DNA of 64,000 nt. Origin: Candidatus Komeilibacteria bacterium CG11_big_fil_rev_8_21_14_0_20_36_20 (GTDB lineage: Bacteria; Patescibacteriota; Patescibacteriia; UBA1558; GWA2-36-10). A program made the translations under genes and the position numbers. This document shows, piece by piece, positions 56,620-64,000 of the stretch (position 1 is its first letter; each line of letters begins with the position of its first letter). The DNA lies in contig PCWQ01000007.1 of NCBI GenBank assembly GCA_002787405.1, forward strand, positions 31,296-95,295, in the 5' to 3' direction. Under the pieces are notes generated by a model that was not told where the DNA came from, ran no database searches, and saw nothing but the letters and a program-made list of their open reading frames with translations.

Positions 56620-56901
56620 ATGGAAAATATTATTCGTTTATCAGTATCTGAAGCAGCTAAATTGTTTGGGGTATCCACTAAAACTATTCGGCAAGCCATT
56701 AAAAAAGAGGAAATAAGATATATTGTGGTCAACGGTCGTTATAAAATAAACTTCGCTTCTTTAATGGAGTGGTCGCAACTTTCTACCCGCCGCGCTAATT
56801 TACTCAAACAACAGGGAGTTGGTCAGTATATTGATCGGTGGAAAATAAGGAATAAAAAATTCAGCCCCAGTGAAAAATTAATAAACAAAAAAACTTTCTG
56901 A
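56620..56901 (+). CDS. Small excisionase/HTH_17 DNA-binding protein
   Basis: LSVSEAAKLFGVSTKTIRQAIK..EI.....GRYKI. Confidence 0.85.
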   Translation: MENIIRLSVSEAAKLFGVSTKTIRQAIKKEEIRYIVVNGRYKINFASLMEWSQLSTRRANLLKQQGVGQYIDRWKIRNKKFSPSEKLINKKTF

Positions 56902-56917
56902 ACAGCAGAAAGTTTTT
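56888..56917. terminator. Bidirectional terminator-like hairpin between convergent genes
   Basis: AAAAACTTTCTG-AACAG-CAGAAAGTTTTT. Confidence 0.6.
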
Positions 56918-56935
56918 CGAAAATGATTTATATAG

Positions 56936-58030
56936 TTATAGTTTGACTTCTAAATCCTGCTCTACACCCTCTCTAGAAACTTTAATAATAACAATGTCTC
57001 CGGGACGATAATTTTGAATAATTGAAGTTAGGGTTTTATTATTTGAGATGGCTGTATTGTTGACTGCGACAATTTGATCCCCGGCCTGTAAACCAGCTTG
57101 ATAGGCTGGAGAGTTGAAACTAACTGCTCTTAAAGTAGGGTGGAAGATAAAATTGCCTAATTCAGTAAAACCGCTATTATTCTCCTTGTCCACATACCAA
57201 ATACCTAAACTAGGCCTTTCTGTATTATTTAATAAATGTTTAACTGCTTGTTTTAAATATTCAGCCGGTAAAAGAACTTCGCTATCATTAACTTTATAAG
57301 CAAGTCCTAATAAATCCCCTTCCATATTAAAATACGGGGCGGCTAAAAAATTATCATTTGATAAATCATCAGACACCTGCAAATAGTAATCAATCCTATC
57401 ACTTGATAAGTACTGCCCTACACTATAATGAATATTAGATAAAAATGTTGCATAAAAAGTATGATAAAAACTATGCGGTAAATCAATATTAGTAAACAAT
57501 CTTTCTCCTGCTTTCAAACTATCAGTTAATTGAAAATCAACTGGTTGCAAAGACTGGCCATCTACCTTAATAAATACAGCTCCTGTAAATTCATCTATTT
57601 TAATGTCTTCTATAATATATAAATCATCATTAAGAGCCACCACACCCTGCTGATCAGTAATCACTTGATCAGTTGTCATCAACCAGCCATCAGAAGTCAC
57701 TACGACCGCTGAACCTAAAAATTGATCTTCATTAAACAATGGCTGCCCCACTGTCGCAATGGTCTTAACAGGCCGATAGACGCCGGCTACGCTATTTTGA
57801 TATTTATCAGCCACATTAGTCAATGGCTGCTCTATATTAATCTTGATGTCCCGCTGATTATTGATCAAATCTAAATAATTGACATCCGTCATTGGTTTAA
57901 AAGTCTTGGCCATTAGATATCCCCCAAAACCAGCCGCCGCTCCAAATAAAACCGCCAAAAGCGTCAAATTAAACAATGAAGGTGGCCTAGTGGTTGTTGG
58001 CCTCTCAAAATGAGTTTTTCTTTCTTCCAT
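56936..58030 (-). CDS. HtrA/DegP-like protein with PDZ domain, catalytic residues degenerate
   Basis: TM anchor, LGSAVVVTSDGWLMT, PYFNMEGDLLGL, PDZ SPAYQAGLQAGDQIVAVN. Confidence 0.8.
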   Translation of the reverse strand: MEERKTHFERPTTTRPPSLFNLTLLAVLFGAAAGFGGYLMAKTFKPMTDVNYLDLINNQRDIKINIEQPLTNVADKYQNSVAGVYRPVKTIATVGQPLFNEDQFLGSAVVVTSDGWLMTTDQVITDQQGVVALNDDLYIIEDIKIDEFTGAVFIKVDGQSLQPVDFQLTDSLKAGERLFTNIDLPHSFYHTFYATFLSNIHYSVGQYLSSDRIDYYLQVSDDLSNDNFLAAPYFNMEGDLLGLAYKVNDSEVLLPAEYLKQAVKHLLNNTERPSLGIWYVDKENNSGFTELGNFIFHPTLRAVSFNSPAYQAGLQAGDQIVAVNNTAISNNKTLTSIIQNYRPGDIVIIKVSREGVEQDLEVKL

Positions 58031-58043
58031 ATTTTTAAAATAA

Positions 58044-58775
58044 TTAAGTAATAATTGAAGTGCCCAATAAAAGAAAAATGCTTAATAAAAATAATCCTAA
58101 ATATAGCTGAAAATACTTTAACTGACTAACGATATTGTCTATTATAAAGAAAAACCATAAAGTTGCAATAGTGCCGGCTATATAAAAGCTAACTGGCAAA
58201 AAATATAAAGCCGCCAAGGCCTGGGCTAATAAAAACATAGCAAACCAAACGTAGTATTTATTAATATTCTCTGCAGATTTAAATATATCTTGCATCCATA
58301 AAAAAGTAGCTAGCAACATCAAGAATAGACAAGACAGAGCTGATAAATTCAAAAAAATAATCAGAGAATACAAACTAGACGACAAAAACCAAAAACCAAG
58401 ATAATAAAAAAATCTGCTAAAGGCCAAATAATCCTTATTGCCCGTATCTTTATCTTTAATAACCTGAAAATATTTTTTAAGTAAAATCCACAACACCAAC
58501 CAAGCCAGCACTAAAATAAAAGAACTAAGATATCTAACTGTTTCTGAAGTTAATAATAATAAAAATAATAATTCCGCTATATAAACAACCATTAAATTAA
58601 ACCAAAGTAATTTAAATTTCCAAAAATAGCGTTGAGATAATATTCTGCCAGTCAAAAGAATAGCCAGTAATGAAAGTACAACCAGCCAAACAAGACCGGA
58701 TTGATAATAAAAAAATAGCCAAAAACCAACAAGTAAAATTAAAGGATTGAAAAATAGAACAAGATACTTATACAT
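58044..58775 (-). CDS. Polytopic membrane protein of unknown function
   Basis: About eight hydrophobic helices; in operon context. Confidence 0.7.
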   Translation of the reverse strand: MYKYLVLFFNPLILLVGFWLFFYYQSGLVWLVVLSLLAILLTGRILSQRYFWKFKLLWFNLMVVYIAELLFLLLLTSETVRYLSSFILVLAWLVLWILLKKYFQVIKDKDTGNKDYLAFSRFFYYLGFWFLSSSLYSLIIFLNLSALSCLFLMLLATFLWMQDIFKSAENINKYYVWFAMFLLAQALAALYFLPVSFYIAGTIATLWFFFIIDNIVSQLKYFQLYLGLFLLSIFLLLGTSIIT

Positions 58776-58778
58776 AAG

Positions 58779-59096
58779 TTAAAATAAAGAATCAGCGTCT
58801 ACCTTCTGCCAATCATCCTTGTCTTCCGACCAAATAAAAATTTCCAGATAAGAAACATTTTCATCTTCGGAATAAATATAATCAACTTTAACATCTGAAC
58901 CAGCCCGATTAGAATAGGTAGTCTTCTTATCTAACACTTTCGGCTTAGTGACAAACCTCATCTGCGTCTTCCCCTGTGGGCCAACAAATTCAACAACTTC
59001 AACTGCGCCGGGAGATAACTCCTCCGAATATTCATTCTCAATACTAAAACTTTCTTTTATTTGATGTTTTATTTCTCGCCAACGTTCTTCGGTCAT
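58779..59096 (-). CDS. Hypothetical acidic protein
   Basis: 105 aa ORF in operon context. Confidence 0.65.
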   Translation of the reverse strand: MTEERWREIKHQIKESFSIENEYSEELSPGAVEVVEFVGPQGKTQMRFVTKPKVLDKKTTYSNRAGSDVKVDYIYSEDENVSYLEIFIWSEDKDDWQKVDADSLF

Positions 59097-59113
59097 ATAT
59101 TTAAAATAATAAA

Positions 59114-59602
59114 TTAAGAACTATAATACTGTATCTTAACTTCATCGCCTACTTTAATATCAAATTTTTCAATACTACCACTAGAAAATTCAAGAACTTT
59201 ATTAACTGGTGATGGTGAAATATATCTTGGTAAATTACTGTCGCTCAGACCTGTTTCTGGAGGAAGCATATTATGTTCAAAACCAACAATTTGATTATTA
59301 TTGATCCATAATAGATCAATCGCAAAATTCATGTCTTTCATCCAAAAAGATCTTAAATCAGCTTCTGGAAAAACAAATAACATTCCTTGATTATCTCTTA
59401 TCTCTAATCGACCTGATAATCCTCTAATCAGCTCTTCACTACTTGCAGCTATTTCAGCATTAATTAAATTATTATTAATAAATACAGAGGCTCCTTCTAC
59501 TTCGATTAACGGACCAATTTCTTTTGGCTGAGACCAAACAAAATAAATAATAGCTGCTAAAATTATCAATAATATCAAAATAATAACTTTAACCTTCTTC
59601 AT
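59114..59602 (-). CDS. DUF192 family protein
   Basis: RGLSGR, GMLFVF, FWMKDMNFAIDLLWI, VLE. Confidence 0.85.
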   Translation of the reverse strand: MKKVKVIILILLIILAAIIYFVWSQPKEIGPLIEVEGASVFINNNLINAEIAASSEELIRGLSGRLEIRDNQGMLFVFPEADLRSFWMKDMNFAIDLLWINNNQIVGFEHNMLPPETGLSDSNLPRYISPSPVNKVLEFSSGSIEKFDIKVGDEVKIQYYSS

Positions 59603-60674
59603 TGATTCTTCTTAAGCGATAATTCAGCCAAATGCTTAATAAAAACATAAAAACTAATAAAATTATCAAGGCGCTAATTTTTGCTTTAGTAGTAAAAAAT
59701 ATTGAAACTAAACCAAAACACAGACTGATTAAACTCAAAAATACAACAATCTGCCGTTGCGATAGACCTAATGATAATAACCTAAAATGCAAATGTTGTC
59801 TATCTCCCTTGAAGATATTCTGACCTTTTTTTAAGCGCCAAAATATTACCCAAATAACGTCTAAAAAGGGCAAGCCCATGACTAATAAAGCAGTCGCTAT
59901 TTTGCTGCCGGAAATAATAGCCAAAACACCCAAAGAAAAACCAATAAAGGTGCTGCCTCCTTCTCCTAAAAATATTTTAGCTGGATGCCAATTCCAAATT
60001 AAGAAACCTAACAAAATACCTGCTAAGCTCAAAGATAATAAAGATGTAGTAGAGCCAACTACATCCCAAGACAAACTAACTATAAAAATCACCAAGCTCG
60101 CTATCAGACCAACGCTAGTAGTTAAACCATCAATACCATCTAATAATTTAGTGGTGTAAGTAATGCTCATCAACCAGATAAAAGTAATTATAGCTGTCAG
60201 CCAAGAAAAACTATATTCTAATCCACCCCATTGGAACAACCAAGTAAACAAATTATCTAAATATAACACTCCTCCGTCCGGATGGGTAATATAAGTGATT
60301 TTCAACCCCCCTATGATGATAAGTATAGAAGCAATTATCGGCCCCCAAATAGTGATATGAGCCGGCCAAGAAAATTTATCATCAAGAAAACCGTTAATAA
60401 TCAAAATCAGCCCCGCTAATAAAAACCAGCAAATAATCGACCAACTAATCCGTTCATCCAAAAGTTGGTGACTTTGCCATAATATAAAAACCGCTATTAT
60501 AAAAGAAAAGAAAATAGCCACTCCGCCTAAGAGAGGCATGGGTTGCTGATGAATCTTCCGTTGATCTTTCGGATAATCCAAAATAGCTGTCCTCTTGGCT
60601 AAAACCATCACGAATTTAGTGATGACAAAAGACAAAGCCAGAGAAATGAGAAAGACAAAAATATAATTATTCAT
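59589..60674 (-). CDS. WecA/TagO (MraY-family) undecaprenyl-phosphate GlcNAc-1-P transferase
   Basis: RKIH..PMPLLGG, GFLDD, LDGIDGL, NWHPAKIFLGEGG, DRQHLH. Confidence 0.88.
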   Translation of the reverse strand: MNNYIFVFLISLALSFVITKFVMVLAKRTAILDYPKDQRKIHQQPMPLLGGVAIFFSFIIAVFILWQSHQLLDERISWSIICWFLLAGLILIINGFLDDKFSWPAHITIWGPIIASILIIIGGLKITYITHPDGGVLYLDNLFTWLFQWGGLEYSFSWLTAIITFIWLMSITYTTKLLDGIDGLTTSVGLIASLVIFIVSLSWDVVGSTTSLLSLSLAGILLGFLIWNWHPAKIFLGEGGSTFIGFSLGVLAIISGSKIATALLVMGLPFLDVIWVIFWRLKKGQNIFKGDRQHLHFRLLSLGLSQRQIVVFLSLISLCFGLVSIFFTTKAKISALIILLVFMFLLSIWLNYRLRRINEEG

Positions 60675-61074
60675 TGGTTTGAGATAAAAAAGTATCCAAA
60701 ATAGCTGTAGCGGCGTGTTTATCTATCTCCTGACTAACTCCCATTTTATAAAATAATTTAGAGGTTAATTGTTCATCAACTGTCTTGACTGGTATATTTT
60801 GAGCTAATAAATATTTACTTAGTAATTTAATAAAATTCTCCGTTATTTTTAATCTCTCATTATCATAGCCGGTTAAACTATGCGGCAATCCAACTACCAC
60901 TATACTGATATTTTCTTCTTTAATGATTTTGTCTAAATCATCTATTAATGTCTCTAAATTTTTATTAAACAAGATTTTATAAGGAACAGCAATACTACCA
61001 ACTTCCGCCATAGCCAAACCAACTCTCCGATCGCCATAATCAATACCTAATACTTTTTTTCTTTGATTGCTCAT
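60667..61074 (-). CDS. ruvX: YqgF/RuvX RNase H-fold nuclease
   Basis: LGIDYGDRRVGLA, VVGLP, VDEQLTS, DKHAATAIL. Confidence 0.9.
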   Translation of the reverse strand: MSNQRKKVLGIDYGDRRVGLAMAEVGSIAVPYKILFNKNLETLIDDLDKIIKEENISIVVVGLPHSLTGYDNERLKITENFIKLLSKYLLAQNIPVKTVDEQLTSKLFYKMGVSQEIDKHAATAILDTFLSQTNE

Positions 61075-61075
61075 T

Positions 61076-61822
61076 CTACTCTGTCAAAATTAAATAACCG
61101 GTTTCTGTGACTGCTACTGAATGCTCAAAATGAGCCGTTAAGCTACTATCCTGTGAATTGATGCTCCAACCGTCATTACCGATTATTACTTTATGATTAC
61201 CTCCCATAATAATCATGGGCTCAATAGCAATAACCAGACCGGGAAACATTTTATCCAGTTTTTTACCAGAATCATAATTAGGAACCATTGGGTCTTCGTG
61301 AATATCTCGCCCCACCCCATGACCAGCTAAATCACGCACAATACCATAGCCCAAAGGGCTAATATAGGCCTCTATGGCCCTTCCAATATCTCCAATGTAA
61401 CCATCGGGGCTTACTTGAGAAATTCCCACAAATAAGGACTCTCTAGTGGCCTTTAAGAGCTGTTTAACTTCCTCCCTAATCTGACCAATAGCCACAGTAG
61501 AAGCAATATCAGTATAAAATCCCTTGTATTTCATACCCATATCCAAGCCAACTAAATCGCCCTCCTTAAACGGTAGATTATTAGGAATGCCGTGCACTAC
61601 TGTTTCATTAACAGAAACACAAAGGGCACAAGGAAACCCCTGATAATTTTTAAAAGCAGGTGCACCTCCGGCTTCTTTAATCAAATCTTCCGTGATTTTA
61701 TTTAACTCGTGACCAGTTATTCCCAACTTTGCTCTGCTCTCCACTGTACTTAAAATTTGACTTAATATCTTACCGCCTTCCCTTAAGATATTAATTTCTT
61801 CTGATGTTTTTTTGTTTAACAT
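61076..61822 (-). CDS. map: Methionine aminopeptidase type I
   Basis: CVSVNETVVHGIP, GHGVG..IHEDP, AIEPM, AHFEHSV. Confidence 0.95.
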   Translation of the reverse strand: MLNKKTSEEINILREGGKILSQILSTVESRAKLGITGHELNKITEDLIKEAGGAPAFKNYQGFPCALCVSVNETVVHGIPNNLPFKEGDLVGLDMGMKYKGFYTDIASTVAIGQIREEVKQLLKATRESLFVGISQVSPDGYIGDIGRAIEAYISPLGYGIVRDLAGHGVGRDIHEDPMVPNYDSGKKLDKMFPGLVIAIEPMIIMGGNHKVIIGNDGWSINSQDSSLTAHFEHSVAVTETGYLILTE

Positions 61823-62450
61823 TTCTTTGTAAATATTCTAAAATCTTTTTATTAACTGTAATGATAGAGCCGTGCCCATCAAAAATAACTAATTTTTGCT
61901 GTTGCATATAATAATCTAACAACTTGCTTGTGTTTTGATGATAGATGATTAATCTTTGGACCACCGCTTCCTCTTGATCATCTATTCTATGATATAAGGG
62001 CTGACGACAAATATCACACTGGTGATCTTTCATTGGCTGACGATAATCATTATGAAAAATATGCCCTTGCGGACAGATTAATCGACCTTGTATCCGCCTA
62101 ATGGCCTCATCATCTGAAATTTCAATATTAAAAACTTTATCAATAAAATAGTGTTTATCTAAAATTCTAGCTTGCCTAATATTGCGAGGAAAGCCATCCA
62201 ACAAAAATCCTTGCTGATATTCTGAATTATCTAATCTGCCAAATATCAATTCTATAATATCTTGATCTGGAATTAAAGCTCCTTTATTAACTAAACGGCC
62301 TATTCTTTTACCTAGGTCGGTTTTCCCCTCAATGGATCGTCTAATAATATCCCCCGATGATAAAATTTTTACTCCTAGAAAATCAGCTATTATTTTGCCT
62401 TGAGTGCTCTTGCCCGATCCTTGGGGACCCAAAATAATTACTCTGTTCAT
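61791..62450 (-). CDS. adk: Adenylate kinase
   Basis: GPQGSGKSTQ, LDGFPR, lid CPQGH...CDIC, RIDD. Confidence 0.93.
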   Translation of the reverse strand: MNRVIILGPQGSGKSTQGKIIADFLGVKILSSGDIIRRSIEGKTDLGKRIGRLVNKGALIPDQDIIELIFGRLDNSEYQQGFLLDGFPRNIRQARILDKHYFIDKVFNIEISDDEAIRRIQGRLICPQGHIFHNDYRQPMKDHQCDICRQPLYHRIDDQEEAVVQRLIIYHQNTSKLLDYYMQQQKLVIFDGHGSIITVNKKILEYLQRNVKQKNIRRN

Positions 62451-62514
62451 TATTGAAAATTAGTCCTACTGATTAAAAGTATAACAAAATCTGGCGATTT
62501 ACTCAATTTCTGAC

Positions 62515-62556
62515 AAAACAAAAAACCTGGCGATTTTAAATAATTAGCCGGGTTTT
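62515..62556 (-). terminator. Possible terminator after secY
   Basis: Minus strand AAAACCCGGC-N15-GCCAGGTTTTTTGTTTT (one mismatch, large loop). Confidence 0.4.
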
Positions 62557-62568
62557 ATAAATCAGATT

Positions 62569-63849
62569 TTAAAATCCTTCGTAATCCCTCATAACTAACT
62601 GCGCATCTATTTGCTTCACTGTCTCAATAACTACTGCTACAACGATCAATAAACTAGTGCCGCCAATAGTCATTGTAGCGAGTCCAGTTAAAGGACCCAC
62701 CACCAAAGGTAAAACAGCTATCAGACCTAGAAATAATGCTCCGGTTAAAATAATACGATTCATTACTGTATTTAAATAATCAGCCGTATGCCGACCGGGT
62801 CTGATACCAGGTATAAACCCGCCCTGTTTTTGTAAATTTTCTGCAATTTGCTGTGGATGGAAAATGACGGCTGTATAAAAATAAGTAAAAATAACCACCA
62901 TTAAAAAATAGAATATAGCATAAAATCTTCTGTTTTGGAAAAAGTCTATAATCCATTGAGAGGAAGCAGCAATCCAAGATACATCTGAATGCAGAAAAAA
63001 CTGAGCAATCATCGGTGGAATAATAATTACGGAAATAGCAAAGATGATTGGAATTACTCCGGCCTGATTAACTCTTAAAGGTAAATGCGTGTTGACTCCC
63101 CCCACACTTTTTTGGCCAACCATATGCCGAGCATAGGAGATAGGAATATTCCTTTGCCCTTCAGTAATAAATACAATAGTGACAATAGTTACTAAAGCAA
63201 TTAAGATAAAAATAACTAAACTTAAAACCATAGTACTATCAAAGGCAACTAAAGTGTTTCTAATAGACTGCGGTAAACCAGCCACAATACCGGCAAAAAT
63301 AATCAAAGAAACACCATTGCCAATATGTTTTTCTGATATTAACTCACCGAGCCACATTAAGAAGATTGTGCCAGCAGTGACAATAATAATAGTGGATAAG
63401 AGCTGAAACCCGGTTATATCAGCTAATAAACGTCCTTGAGTCTGATTAGATAATAATTTAATAAAACTATAAGTCTGGACAGTGGCTAAAGGAATAGTTA
63501 ATAATCTGGTATATTGATTAATCTTCTGCTGACCATAGTCCCCTTCTTTTGACAAAGCTTCCAATTTAGGAACAATCATAACCAACAACTGAAAAATGAT
63601 GGAAGCGGTAATATAAGGTCCGACGCCCAGCATCACTACAGAAAAATTTTCCATTGCTCCGCCAGAGAATAGATTTAAAAATCCCAAAACCTGGTTGCCT
63701 TGAAAAAATTCCTTCAAATCACCAACATTAACTCCAGGAATAGGCACATGGGCGGCAATTCTAAAAACAACCAACAAAGCCAAAACAAACAAAATATTTT
63801 TGCGGATATCTTTAGCTTTCCATAATTGTTTTAATTTATCACTAATCAT
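62569..63849 (-). CDS. secY: Preprotein translocase SecY
   Basis: LGVGPYITASII, GIGNG-like HIGNGVSLII, AGVIPIIFA, FIPGIRPG, GGTSLLIVV. Confidence 0.97.
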   Translation of the reverse strand: MISDKLKQLWKAKDIRKNILFVLALLVVFRIAAHVPIPGVNVGDLKEFFQGNQVLGFLNLFSGGAMENFSVVMLGVGPYITASIIFQLLVMIVPKLEALSKEGDYGQQKINQYTRLLTIPLATVQTYSFIKLLSNQTQGRLLADITGFQLLSTIIIVTAGTIFLMWLGELISEKHIGNGVSLIIFAGIVAGLPQSIRNTLVAFDSTMVLSLVIFILIALVTIVTIVFITEGQRNIPISYARHMVGQKSVGGVNTHLPLRVNQAGVIPIIFAISVIIIPPMIAQFFLHSDVSWIAASSQWIIDFFQNRRFYAIFYFLMVVIFTYFYTAVIFHPQQIAENLQKQGGFIPGIRPGRHTADYLNTVMNRIILTGALFLGLIAVLPLVVGPLTGLATMTIGGTSLLIVVAVVIETVKQIDAQLVMRDYEGF

Positions 63850-63857
63850 CTTAAAAA

Positions 63858-64000
63858 TTATTCGCTTTTATTTTTTTTCTCTTCACTAGCTGAGAACTGA
63901 CCAACCACTACGGTTTGACCACCGGCTTTCTCAATTTTGGCTTTAGCCGTAACGGAAAAAGCATCGGCCTCCACTGTGAATTTTTTGCTTAATTTTCCTT
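63858..64000 (-). CDS. rplO: 50S ribosomal protein L15 (3' end only)
   Basis: Hand translation GKLSKKFTVEADAFSVTAKAKIEKAGG...; directly upstream of secY. Confidence 0.9.
   Translation of the reverse strand, partial: GKLSKKFTVEADAFSVTAKAKIEKAGGQTVVVGQFSASEEKKNKSE

Noticed and set aside
27645-56901. Prophage or ICE implied by two excisionase-like genes
   Set aside because: No integrase, att-like repeat, phage or conjugation genes; these are better read as stand-alone regulators.
1753-63406. Many short ORFs in the track lying antisense or out of frame within long genes (e.g. 1753-2016, 13800-14159, 31746-32189, 54520-54888, 45004-45267, 28639-28857)
   Set aside because: They are shadows of well-supported genes, with no motifs and mostly non-ATG starts.
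1-64000. CRISPR array, tRNA/rRNA/tmRNA, reverse transcriptase, DGR or retron
   Set aside because: No regularly spaced repeat-spacer series, cloverleaf, or RT motif-bearing ORF was seen.

Overview
AT-rich window using the standard genetic code. Gene content suggests a Patescibacteria/CPR (Parcubacteria-like) chromosome; this is an inference from the ECF-sigma/DUF5667 pair, the CPR-style S-layer-like protein, the minimal housekeeping context and generally weak Shine-Dalgarno signals. Left to right: (1) a compact MCP-CheW-CheA chemosensory operon running off the left edge; (2) a ~47 kb surface-glycan locus bracketed by two paralogous O-antigen-ligase/O-oligosaccharyltransferase genes. It holds an initiating phosphoglycosyltransferase, an ABC flippase, seven intact GT4s and a GT2, a non-canonical pseudaminic-acid-like pathway, four B12-binding radical SAM enzymes, methyl-/amido-/carbamoyl-transferases, decaying pseudogenes, a RAYT transposase with its REPs, and a divergent RtcB-fold gene coupled to a CDP-alcohol phosphotransferase; (3) a large secreted S-layer-like gene behind a ~320 nt highly structured leader and an ECF sigma/anti-sigma pair; (4) housekeeping genes ending in rplO-secY-adk-map. 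The top candidates for novelty are the RtcB-like/CDP-alcohol phosphotransferase/AsnB glycan-tailoring module, the structured S-layer leader RNA, a G12 tract inside a mid-cluster promoter, and three distinct small palindromic repeat families that edit gene ends. All product calls rest on motif recognition by eye; no database searches were run.
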